From: Eubacteriales bacterium
GTDB taxonomy: Bacteria > Bacillota > Clostridia > Lachnospirales > Lachnospiraceae
Direction of reading: 5' to 3'
Length of the DNA: 64,000 nucleotides
Assembly (NCBI GenBank): GCA_030524455.1
Contig: JAUNGT010000011.1
Location: 5,052 to 69,051 of the forward strand
Of this stretch, positions 55,686-64,000 are shown one piece after another. Position 1 is the first letter of the stretch; the number at the start of each line of letters is the position of its first letter. Under the pieces are notes generated by a model. It ran no database searches. It was not told the origin of the DNA and saw nothing but the letters and a program-made list of their open reading frames with translations. The translations under genes were made by a program, and so were the position numbers.

Positions 55686-56833
55686 CAAAGCTGCCTCCCC
55701 GCCTCCACGATCCGATGCGGCACCAGGACGGTGCGGATCTCCCGGCTGCCCCGGACCGCTTCCGCCAAAGTCCGCACGCCCAGACGGCCAATCTGTTCCT
55801 CATCCTGCCTGACATGCGTAAACAGGGCCCTCCTCATGATATTGTCCGTGCCGTCAAAGCAGACCACCGGACATTTCTGCTCCAACCCAAGCTGCTCCAG
55901 ACAGCTGTAAATAATCCACGCCAGGCTGTATTCCACCGCAAAATAGGCCTCGATCTGCGGATGCTCCCGGATAAAGGCCATCACCTTCTCCCGGTCCCGC
56001 GCCAGCTGCTCCTCCCCGTGACTGGCCGGAAGCGTGGCCTTTAAATCGGTAATCCACAGACTCTCGTCCGCCACAAGCCCCAGCTCGCTGTAAGCCATCC
56101 GAAAGCCCGTGATCCGGTCCTGTATGGTGGAGGTTTCCGCCGCATAAGGCTTCACAAAGCAAATCCTCCGGAGATTTTGATCCAAAAGCCTTTTCGCAAG
56201 CTGTCTGGCGGCCTGTATGTTATCCGTCCCCACAAAGGAGAGCGGAATCCCCTTCAGCTGACGGTCCAGCGTCACCACCGGATAATGCTCCACCACCAGC
56301 TGAAGAATGCTGGCATTATAGTTTTCATCGTGCACACACATAATCAGAATCCCCTGGGCTCCCAGGCTGCGCATCCTCCCGATGGCCCGGGTCTCCTCCT
56401 CCACCTGCCCGCAGGAGCAATGCAGGCACATGGAAAAGCCCTGCTGCCGGCATTCCTCCTCGATGCTGCCAAGCAGCCGGCAGCCAAAATCCGGGCCGAA
56501 CCCGTCCAATATCACGCCGAGCAGAGGCGGCGTATTTTGCTGCTGTCCCGACAGCTGTCCCGACAACAGCGCCCCCGGCAGCTGCCCTCCCGGAGAGGAT
56601 TCCCGGCGCTCTGCCGCCCCCTCCGACACAAAGGTTCCCCTGCCCGGCATCCGCACCGCCAGGCCGGCCTCCGCCAAAAGCTCCAGCGCCTTCTTGCTGG
56701 TGATCCGGCTGACATGGTACTGCTCCGAAAGCTCCTTCTCCGACGGAAGCCGCTCCCCTGCCTGGTAGGTCTGATCCTGTATTTTTCCCAGTATTTCACG
56801 ATAAATCTGCTCATACAGCGGCGCCTGTTTCAT
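55685..56833 (-). CDS. GntR-HTH / LacI-type sugar-binding regulator (AraR-like architecture)
   Basis: Start refined to ATG 56833; LPSEKEL...VSRITSKKAL...RGTFV, then a periplasmic-binding-fold domain (VTLDR, VGTDN). Confidence 0.92.
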   Translation of the reverse strand: MKQAPLYEQIYREILGKIQDQTYQAGERLPSEKELSEQYHVSRITSKKALELLAEAGLAVRMPGRGTFVSEGAAERRESSPGGQLPGALLSGQLSGQQQNTPPLLGVILDGFGPDFGCRLLGSIEEECRQQGFSMCLHCSCGQVEEETRAIGRMRSLGAQGILIMCVHDENYNASILQLVVEHYPVVTLDRQLKGIPLSFVGTDNIQAARQLAKRLLDQNLRRICFVKPYAAETSTIQDRITGFRMAYSELGLVADESLWITDLKATLPASHGEEQLARDREKVMAFIREHPQIEAYFAVEYSLAWIIYSCLEQLGLEQKCPVVCFDGTDNIMRRALFTHVRQDEEQIGRLGVRTLAEAVRGSREIRTVLVPHRIVEAGRQL

Positions 56834-56896
56834 CGCTTCCTCCAAATTGATATGTCATTTAATTCATTTTAGCATACCGGTTTCTTCAAAACAAGT

Positions 56897-56938
56897 AAAA
56901 AAAAGCGGTACGACCATAACATTGCTGGCCATACCGCT
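56897..56938 (-). terminator. Intrinsic terminator after the GH38 gene
   Basis: Minus strand 13-bp stem AGCGGTATGGCCA/TGGTCGTACCGCT (two G:U pairs) followed by a T run. Confidence 0.8.
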
Positions 56939-56956
56939 CCATTTCAAAACGTATGA

Positions 56957-59422
56957 TTATTCCAAAATATCCGTCTCTGAAATCGTGCCCTCCGCCGCGT
57001 CAAAGCGCAGCGTTTTGATCTCGAAGGGCTTTAATTTTGCCTCGTACTCCATATTTGCCCAGGGCAGGCGCAGGCGCGCGCTGTTTTCCCGTCCCGCGCT
57101 CTCAAACAGGCGCAGTACATAGTTCTCGCCCTCCCCGGCCTTTTTCACCGCGGACAAAAGCACCTGCTCATTGTCGAGCAATACCGCCGGTCCCTTTTTC
57201 CCGCCGTCCCCGGAAGGGTTGAACGCAAAGGCATAGGGCTCCTCGTTATACACAAGAGCGTCGCGGTCAAGCGTCTCCAAAAGGGCAGCCTCCCCGGCCT
57301 CCAGCTGAAAGCAGAACAGCCGCTCTCCCTGTTCCATTCTGGCGGTGTGACGAATTTCGTGCAGCGTCTTTTCAAAATTTCCGTCCGCCGCGGAGTACCC
57401 TGCAGAGTGCAGCAGCGTCAGTCCAATGACGCCTTCGTCCACGCTGCTTGCGTGACTGCCCCGGTTTAAAACGGCCAGCGCATGCCTGCCGTCCGTCAGC
57501 GCGTTCCACTTCTGAGCAACCGTCTCCTGACCGCCCTGCCTAAGCTTCTCCCGTCCAAACATCACCTGTCCGTAATAATCCGCATGTTCCAGTGCGGTAG
57601 GCATTTCCAGCTTCAGCACCATATCGTTTTCATTCCAGTACACGCCCAGCTCCAGCTCCATGGAAGTCCCCTTCTTCGGAAGGATATAGCGCTGATAAAG
57701 CCTGCTGTTATGCCAGCCAAAAAGCGCCTCCACCACGGTGCGCACCGGCCCGTCCTCGATGACGCGCACAGACGGGGCCACCTGATCGGAAAGCCCGGAA
57801 AACTCGCTTCCCTCATGCGCCGTCAACAGGGAAAACCTTCTCTGCATCCCGGCATTTTTGCCGTTCCACAGCCCCCAGGAATTGTAGGTACCGTCATAAG
57901 CCACCGGGCAGAAGCTCCCTTTTTTCAGGAATTCCTTTCCGTCCACCCGCCAGGAATCCACAAGCCCCGTCCGGGTATTCACCGTCACCTGCATCCGCCC
58001 GTTATCAAACACCCACTCCCTGTACCCGTCTATGGGCGCGAAAACCGGTCTTTTTTCTATCGGTTTAAAAAACACGTCAATCCGGTTATTGCCGGGCAGA
58101 AGCTCTGCCTCGATCACAACCTTCTTTCGCCAGTCAATGCAGAAATGGCTGCTCTCCATCTCCGACTGAGTGGGAACCGGCCGGCCATTGCAGAAGGCGT
58201 CCGGATAGTAAAAGCAGGGATCCCAATTCTGCGTGGGCAGCCCCACCTCAAAGGCAAACTGCCCCTTTACCGGATAGGGATGTGGATTGTAGAAAAAGGC
58301 GCAGGAGCTTCCCTTCTTCAAAGGCTCCTCCCCTGCGGTGAGCGCAATCGCCGCCTTCAGCTTTTCCCGGCTCATCAGCTCCAGCCCGTGATCCAAAAGG
58401 CGCAGCGTGTCCTCCTCCACCAGCTGGGTTCCGGAGCCGGGCAGTGCGTCGTGAAATTCCGAAAACAGCAGCGCCTTAACCGCTTCCGCAAACGTCTCTT
58501 TCGGATATTCCTTTTCCAAAAGCCAGGCGGCCGCGGAGGCCATTTTTTCGGCAGAGTAAATCTCATTTTCCAAAAGCCGGTGCTTTTGCTTGATCCTGAT
58601 CTGAGAGGTATAGCAGCCCTCCGCCACCGGATTTAAGCTCCGCTCCACCACCGGATACGCTTCCTCCTTCTGCCGGCGCTCCGCAAAATACGCTTCCGTT
58701 CCCGAATGGAAAATATGATACTCCTCCGCCTTTTTTGCGATCAGCTCCGTCAGATCCTGCAGATCCTTCCGGGAAGGACCGCCGCCGTGATCTCCCACGC
58801 CCCACAAAAACAGGGACACCGGTTCATCCTGCGTCTCGTCAAGAAACTTTTCCAGCTCCTTTGCGGCATGTCCGTATACGGAATTATAGTTTTCATCGGA
58901 ACGGTGCACCAAAACCTCCGAGCCGCACAGTCCCTTCCAGCGATAATCCTGCTCCTTAAAATCAAAGTTATCCTTTGCCGGACGGCAGACCACATAGGAA
59001 TCGTATCCCGCCCGGTTTAAAATCTGTACCAGCCCTATCGAATGACCAAACGAGTCAAAATTGATGGCAGTCGTAGGCCTGACGCCGAATTCCTTCTCAA
59101 AAAAGCGCCTTCCCTCGGAGATATTACGGATGATCGACTCCCCCGAGGGCATGTTGCAGTCCGGCTGCAGATACCAGCCGCCCATAATCTTCCATTTCCC
59201 CTCCCGGACCTTCCTCTGAATCCGTTCAAACAGCGCAGGCTCGTTCTCCTTCACCCACTGATACAAAATCGCTTCGTTGTGATTGAACACAAACCCCGGA
59301 AATTCGTCCGTCAGCTTCTCCGCTGTGCGGAAGGTGGACAATGCCTCCGTGCAGCCCTCCTGCCAGCGCCACAGCCACACCGGGTCCAGGTGGGCATTGC
59401 AGATCAAATGTATGTTTTTCAC
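56957..59422 (-). CDS. GH38 alpha-mannosidase-like glycoside hydrolase
   Basis: Start refined to GTG 59422 (GTGA overlap with the GH127 stop); NAHLDPVWLW, FDSFGHS, GDHGGG, FHDALPG. Confidence 0.9.
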   Translation of the reverse strand: MKNIHLICNAHLDPVWLWRWQEGCTEALSTFRTAEKLTDEFPGFVFNHNEAILYQWVKENEPALFERIQRKVREGKWKIMGGWYLQPDCNMPSGESIIRNISEGRRFFEKEFGVRPTTAINFDSFGHSIGLVQILNRAGYDSYVVCRPAKDNFDFKEQDYRWKGLCGSEVLVHRSDENYNSVYGHAAKELEKFLDETQDEPVSLFLWGVGDHGGGPSRKDLQDLTELIAKKAEEYHIFHSGTEAYFAERRQKEEAYPVVERSLNPVAEGCYTSQIRIKQKHRLLENEIYSAEKMASAAAWLLEKEYPKETFAEAVKALLFSEFHDALPGSGTQLVEEDTLRLLDHGLELMSREKLKAAIALTAGEEPLKKGSSCAFFYNPHPYPVKGQFAFEVGLPTQNWDPCFYYPDAFCNGRPVPTQSEMESSHFCIDWRKKVVIEAELLPGNNRIDVFFKPIEKRPVFAPIDGYREWVFDNGRMQVTVNTRTGLVDSWRVDGKEFLKKGSFCPVAYDGTYNSWGLWNGKNAGMQRRFSLLTAHEGSEFSGLSDQVAPSVRVIEDGPVRTVVEALFGWHNSRLYQRYILPKKGTSMELELGVYWNENDMVLKLEMPTALEHADYYGQVMFGREKLRQGGQETVAQKWNALTDGRHALAVLNRGSHASSVDEGVIGLTLLHSAGYSAADGNFEKTLHEIRHTARMEQGERLFCFQLEAGEAALLETLDRDALVYNEEPYAFAFNPSGDGGKKGPAVLLDNEQVLLSAVKKAGEGENYVLRLFESAGRENSARLRLPWANMEYEAKLKPFEIKTLRFDAAEGTISETDILE

Positions 59423-61311
59423 TTTTTTTCTCCTTCCACCACCGGCAGCGCCCCCATCCGCAGCGTCGTGCAGCCGTACGGATACAGCTTCCGCTTCACC
59501 GCCTTCCCCACAGGCTCCAGGGAACGGGGCGCTGCAGCGCAGATCCCGCCCCGGTCCTCCCAGTCCAGAGGGACAAGGCTTGCCTCCAGCGTCACCGGAG
59601 GACAATCCCGGTCAAAGGGCATCCCGGGCAGGGGCCCTGTTTCCAGCGCAAGGCTGCGGCCCGCAAACCCGAAGGCCCAGTCGGAGTTCGGAGAAATGTT
59701 ATAGTCGCAGTAAGGATACCTGCGTTCCACGCCGTCCTTTACATACTCCACACGCTCATACTCCGCCCCGATGGGCAGCGCAAAAAACAGAGGCCCCCGG
59801 CGCACCGTCTCCAGGCCGTCCGGCGAGCGCACAAAGGAGGGCTCAAATTCCAGAAAAAGCTCGATTTGCTCCGTTCCCTCCCACTCCTTTTTCAACCGCC
59901 AGAACGTTCCGGGATGCGCCTGTTCTTCTTCCCCGCCGTTGATCCTGACCCGGGCGGCCTTCGCAAAGCCGGGAATCCGCACCGCCAGCTCAAATTCCGT
60001 CCGTTTCTCCACGGATATCCCGATCCGCAGGCTGTCCCGGAAGGGATATTGCGTATCCACCGAAAGCTCTGCGCAGGCTTCCCCCACCTGCGTGCGCACC
60101 GACATCGGGACGAGGGCGCACACGGCCAGACCCTCCGCGCTTTTCATCACCGCCGAAAGGGCAAGCTTGGGCCAGCCCTGGTTAAAATTGGCGGTACAGC
60201 AGCCAAAGTGGGGTTCCAGACCGAACCGGTGAGCATCCCCGTTGTTTGAGTTAAACGGATTTGCCTCCTCCGAAAGCCGGGTACACTGAATCTGATTTGT
60301 CATCTGCACATACTGATGGCTCCACATATCCGCGCTCACCGTGGCGGCCAGAGCGTTGAAGGCCGTCTGCTCCAGCAAATCGCCCCATCGGGGATTCCCT
60401 CCGATGGAGAGAAGCTCCTCGTAGGAATACATGGCCTCCACCACGCTGCAGCACTCGCTGCCCTGCACCGGAGAGGTTCCCGACAGGCATTCGTCCCCCG
60501 TAAAGTGACCGATCGGCATCCCGTGCTCCCGGATCAGCTTTTCGTAAAAAAATTGTGCGAACCCGTCCGCATCCTCCCCGGTCAGGCGGCTCATCTCCGC
60601 CCGGGATTTGAGCGCCATCGCCACGTTCACCACATGATTTAAAAAGGTCCAGTAATGCTTCTGTCCGGGCCGCTCAAAGGACAGGCTGTGATAGAGCTTT
60701 TCGTAATCGATGCCGCAGCCGTCCAGCACATGGGCGAGCTCAAGCATCCAGGGCTCCGGCCTGCGCTCATACAGCCAGAACAGCGGAATCAGGCACTCAA
60801 ACCATCTCGCCGCCCCCCAGCCAAAGAGCGTATGGCTGCTGATATGGGACAAAAGCTGGCGCAGCGCCCGGTACACCGCCTCCTCCACCCGCTCCTCCCT
60901 ACTGCACTGCTCGTAAACGACCAGCACCTTACAGATCAGAAAGGCCGCCCACACGTCGTACTGATCCCGTTCCTCCCCGCTGCAGGGGCAGATCCAGCCG
61001 TCCTCCTGCTGCCGGTCCAGAATCGCATCGACATAGCGCTTTGCCCGCGCCTTCAACGCTTCATCCTCCAAAAGCCAGGCAAGCGGGATGAAGCCGTCCA
61101 GCCAGTAGGGCACCCGCTCCCAGCCCTCCCGGTCGCCGCCAATCCACTTGCTGTCCCGGATATCCGGCCAGATCAGATCCAGATGCCCGGACAGCCCCTC
61201 CGCCTGCAAAAGAAGCTGTTTTTTCAGCCACCCCTCCGGCCGAAGCTCCTTTGCCCCAAGCTGTGTAAACACCCTTTTTCGCAGCCCTTTTGTTTTTTCC
61301 GTCATTTCCAT
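59419..61311 (-). CDS. GH127/146-like (beta-L-arabinofuranosidase family) glycoside hydrolase
   Basis: LRPEGWLKKQL, WERVPYWLDG, HVVN, ExC (SECCSVVE) and CCxxN (FGCCTANFNQGWPK) Zn/Cys motifs, TQYPF. Confidence 0.87.
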   Translation of the reverse strand: MEMTEKTKGLRKRVFTQLGAKELRPEGWLKKQLLLQAEGLSGHLDLIWPDIRDSKWIGGDREGWERVPYWLDGFIPLAWLLEDEALKARAKRYVDAILDRQQEDGWICPCSGEERDQYDVWAAFLICKVLVVYEQCSREERVEEAVYRALRQLLSHISSHTLFGWGAARWFECLIPLFWLYERRPEPWMLELAHVLDGCGIDYEKLYHSLSFERPGQKHYWTFLNHVVNVAMALKSRAEMSRLTGEDADGFAQFFYEKLIREHGMPIGHFTGDECLSGTSPVQGSECCSVVEAMYSYEELLSIGGNPRWGDLLEQTAFNALAATVSADMWSHQYVQMTNQIQCTRLSEEANPFNSNNGDAHRFGLEPHFGCCTANFNQGWPKLALSAVMKSAEGLAVCALVPMSVRTQVGEACAELSVDTQYPFRDSLRIGISVEKRTEFELAVRIPGFAKAARVRINGGEEEQAHPGTFWRLKKEWEGTEQIELFLEFEPSFVRSPDGLETVRRGPLFFALPIGAEYERVEYVKDGVERRYPYCDYNISPNSDWAFGFAGRSLALETGPLPGMPFDRDCPPVTLEASLVPLDWEDRGGICAAAPRSLEPVGKAVKRKLYPYGCTTLRMGALPVVEGEKK

Positions 61312-61428
61312 CGATAAACCCCTTCCTGCTTTTTCTTTTTATTGTAAAAGGCTGCGCCGTCCGGGACAATGAAAAAAATCCCACAGCTCTCCATCCGCCA
61401 TGGGATTTTTTACGGTTCTCTTCCGGCC

Positions 61429-61665
61429 TCACGGTACATCCACCATGATAATATCCGGCCCGATCTGCTTGATGTCCTTATAAAAGATCGCGTATTCCGT
61501 GTCGCAGCCAAACAGACACTTCCAGTTTTTGCCGCCCACCCCCGGCACGATAATCTTCCGGATCGTCCCGGTGCATTCGTCGAACTCAAAATCCGTCACA
61601 TGCCCCATTTTTCTGCAATCCCGAAGATTCACGACCTCTTTGCTTTTCAGTTCGGAAAAAAGCAT
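61429..61665 (-). CDS. ylmC: YlmC/YmxH-family PRC-barrel sporulation protein
   Basis: Start refined to ATG 61665; FSELKSKEVVNLRDCRKMG, IKQIGPDIIMV. Confidence 0.9.
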   Translation of the reverse strand: MLFSELKSKEVVNLRDCRKMGHVTDFEFDECTGTIRKIIVPGVGGKNWKCLFGCDTEYAIFYKDIKQIGPDIIMVDVP

Positions 61666-61704
61666 GCCTGCACCCTCCCCAGACAAAAATGTTACATTTA
61701 TATC

Positions 61705-61868
61705 GTAACAATTCAGCCCGCGCCATTCGCAAAGCCGCGCTAACGCGCTTCCCGCCGCTTCGCGGCTACCTTTGCTCATAATCAGGCGCTCCCTCAGCCA
61801 GGAGCAACCAGCCAAAATTCGTGCAAGCACGATTTTGGCCGTTCACTCCCGGCTGGCTGAACTGTTAC
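61705..61868. mobile_element. MITE-like element, copy 2, with a probable 8-bp target-site duplication
   Basis: Ends gtaacaattcagcc / ggctgaactgttac (13/14 inverted match); flanks tttatatc / tttatagc (7/8). Confidence 0.85.
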
Positions 61869-61875
61869 TTTATAG

Positions 61876-62913
61876 CTATGCAGCCCGGCGGCGGTTGGTG
61901 CGTTTCCGGAGAAGCGTTCCCTTCCAGCAAAACAGCGGGGACAAAAGCCGCACGAGAGGCGCCCAGGACAGGAGCAGAACAAGCAGCGCGCTGAGCAGCA
62001 CCGCCGCCCGGATATCATTTTCAATAAAGGAAAAAAGCCTGATTTTGCTGAACAGCTTCACCAAGAAACCGTGCAGCAGATAGACCGGCATCGTGTTGGC
62101 CCCGATCCGGGATACCAGAGGAAGCCGGCTGCCGGGCATCCACAGGAGAAAAAAGCCAAGCCACACGAGAGCCGCCAGCACGCCCGCCGCCCGGATTCCC
62201 AGGCTGTAATCCCCTTTCTCGTAGGAAACAGAGCCGTAGAGCCAGACCGATTTGATCTCCTCCGCGTAACCGGCCACCAGACATACCACAAAAACCGTAG
62301 CGGCCAGCGCCAAAAGACGGGCCGCCCGCCGCCCGGACAGGGAACGCCGGCGCCGCAGGCCGGCCGCCTGCCGGTAGTAAACTCCCATCAGAAAATACGG
62401 GAAAAATTCCACAATCCGGGATACGGACAGATAATAGCCCGCCTTATCGTCAAAGCCGATCAAAAGCCCCGCGCCAAAGGACGCTGCCAGAAAGAAAAGC
62501 TTTTTCTTCCAGCTCATTTCCTCCCCCGACACCAGAGGCAGTACCAGGTTCCACACAATCAGCGCAAACAGATACCACAAAAGCCAGTAGGGCGTCGTAT
62601 ACTGCACATCCGCATCCTTTTCCAGGACAAGGTTGGCAAACAAAAGATACAGCGTCTGGAACACCAGATAGGGATAAATCATGTGGCTGCGGATCCGCTC
62701 CGGCCTGTAACGCGCAAACACGCCGGTCACGAACGCAAACAGCGGCATATGCAGGGAATAAATGATCAGATACAATGTCCGGCCGCCCGGATTTTTGCCC
62801 ATGCACAGCTCCAGCATATGTCCCAGCACCACCGAAAAAATCAGCAGGCACTTCAAATTATCCATCCGGTAATCCCGGCCGCCCTCCGGCTTTTTCTCAC
62901 AGAGAACTTCCAT
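61876..62913 (-). CDS. Acyltransferase family 3 (membrane O-acetyltransferase, YcfT/OafA-like)
   Basis: RDYRMDNLKCLLIFSVVLGH, IYSLHMPLF, WYL, FFPYFLMG, IGANTMPVYLLH; about 10 TMs. Confidence 0.92.
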   Translation of the reverse strand: MEVLCEKKPEGGRDYRMDNLKCLLIFSVVLGHMLELCMGKNPGGRTLYLIIYSLHMPLFAFVTGVFARYRPERIRSHMIYPYLVFQTLYLLFANLVLEKDADVQYTTPYWLLWYLFALIVWNLVLPLVSGEEMSWKKKLFFLAASFGAGLLIGFDDKAGYYLSVSRIVEFFPYFLMGVYYRQAAGLRRRRSLSGRRAARLLALAATVFVVCLVAGYAEEIKSVWLYGSVSYEKGDYSLGIRAAGVLAALVWLGFFLLWMPGSRLPLVSRIGANTMPVYLLHGFLVKLFSKIRLFSFIENDIRAAVLLSALLVLLLSWAPLVRLLSPLFCWKGTLLRKRTNRRRAA

Positions 62914-63060
62914 TCAGACAAACTCCTCTAACATATTTTTCTCCACTGATGCTACCTCTCTTTTGCGCGCTTGTCCACAAAATATTTTCTTAAAATGGAA
63001 TAAAAGCTCTCCTCCATGCCGATGCTTTCTTCAGGCACAGATGACAGGAGGCTTTTCACC

Positions 63061-63840
63061 ATGGCATTAAACAAGGTAGAAATCTGCGGCGTCAACACTT
63101 CCAGACTGCCGGTGCTTACCAATGAGGAAAAAGATGCGCTTTTTGTCCGCATCCGGCAGGGGGATGCTGCAGCCAGGGAGCTTTTCATTCAGGGGAATCT
63201 GCGGCTGGTGCTCAGCGTGATCCGCCGTTTTTCCTCCTCCGCCGAAAATGTGGATGATCTGTTCCAGATCGGCTGTATCGGGCTGATCAAGGCCATCGAT
63301 AATTTCAACACCGAGCTGGGCGTGCGCTTTTCCACCTACGCGGTGCCCATGATCATCGGCGAGATCCGTCGCTTTCTGCGGGACAACAACGCCATCCGCG
63401 TCAGCCGTTCCCTGCGGGACACCGCCTACAAGGCCATCTACGCCAAGGAAACGCTGATGAAGAAAAATCAGAAGGAGCCCACCATCAGCGAGGTGGCCGC
63501 GGAGGTCGGCATCTCCCGGGAGGATATCGTTTACGCCCTGGATGCCATCCAGAATCCCATGAGCCTCTACGAGCCCGTCTACACCGACGGCGGCGACACC
63601 CTCTATGTGATGGACCAGATCCGCGACAAGAAAAACCGGGAGGAAAACTGGATCGAACGGCTCTCCCTCTCCGACGCCCTGAAACGTCTGGGAGAACGGG
63701 AGCACGAGATCATCCTGCTGCGTTTCTTCGAGGGAAAGACGCAGATGGAGGTGGCCGATATGATCGGCATCTCCCAGGCCCAGGTATCCCGCCTGGAAAA
63801 AGGCGCCCTCCGCGCCATGCGCGCCTACCTGGGACCGTAA
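63061..63840 (+). CDS. sigG: RNA polymerase sporulation sigma factor G
   Basis: Start refined to ATG 63061 (AGGAGG RBS); MALNKVEICGVNTSRLP, GNLRLVLS, DDLFQIGCIGL, FSTYAVPMIIGEIRR, GISQAQVSRLEK. Confidence 0.97.
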   Translation: MALNKVEICGVNTSRLPVLTNEEKDALFVRIRQGDAAARELFIQGNLRLVLSVIRRFSSSAENVDDLFQIGCIGLIKAIDNFNTELGVRFSTYAVPMIIGEIRRFLRDNNAIRVSRSLRDTAYKAIYAKETLMKKNQKEPTISEVAAEVGISREDIVYALDAIQNPMSLYEPVYTDGGDTLYVMDQIRDKKNREENWIERLSLSDALKRLGEREHEIILLRFFEGKTQMEVADMIGISQAQVSRLEKGALRAMRAYLGP

Positions 63841-63912
63841 AGCCGCAGGCAGCCGTAAAGACGCGAAAACAGGCGCGAAGACAGGCCGGGTCACACAGCA
63901 GCACAGCAGCCC

Positions 63913-64000
63913 TCAGACACGCTCCAGCTCCTTTTTGAGCCGCTTCATGATCTTTTTTTCCAGGCGGGAAATGTAGGACTGGGAGATTCCCAGATAGCCC
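63913..64000 (-). CDS. sigE: 3' end of a sporulation sigma factor, probably SigE (partial)
   Basis: Not in ORF track. Minus frame reads GYLGISQSYISRLEKKIMKRLKKELERV*, the region-4 signature of SigE; only 29 codons are visible. Confidence 0.75.
   Translation of the reverse strand, partial: GYLGISQSYISRLEKKIMKRLKKELERV

Noticed and set aside
56957-59605. Extended N-termini in the ORF track (also 1995-4040, 7853-8674, 18094-19464, 21573-23336, 32611-34119)
   Set aside because: Extensions overlap neighbouring genes or promoters; downstream starts have clear RBS and match family N-termini.
62914-63912. sigG as a recombinase-invertible switch, and a sigma-F promoter for sigG
   Set aside because: No inverted repeats flank sigG and no invertase is visible; candidate promoter boxes match the consensus too weakly.

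Overview
GC-rich (about 58-60% by eye) chromosomal window from a spore-forming Clostridia member, most likely Lachnospiraceae. Its backbone is the conserved sporulation/housekeeping block, mostly on the minus strand: spoIIIAA-AH, deoB, prfC, asp23-nusB-xseAB-ispA-dxs-tlyA-nadK-argR-recN-spoIVB, then nrdR, ylmC, sigG and the 3' end of a probable sigE. Accessory modules interrupt it. (1) At the left end are three tandem, very acidic HlyD-type adaptor genes with a divergent two-component system. (2) Next is a TlpA / 49-aa CxxC protein / membrane 4Fe-4S module with a second two-component system, abutting spoIVB where spo0A usually sits. (3) A P2A-type ATPase carries a sigma-E-like promoter and is translationally coupled to spoIIIAA. 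(4) A fructose PTS operon has FruR operator arrays. (5) A lower-GC arabinofuranosidase/ABC/two-component island follows. (6) A peptide-ABC to yqeG-aroE-aroK::aroQ operon ends in a fusion with a repeat-containing linker. (7) A GH127/GH38 island lies between ylmC and nrdR. A MITE-like element with 14-bp terminal inverted repeats occurs twice, plus one solo end. I saw no rRNA, tRNA, CRISPR array, integrase or transposase. Start codons were refined by eye from RBS and homology cues, and all family assignments come from motif recognition, not database searches.
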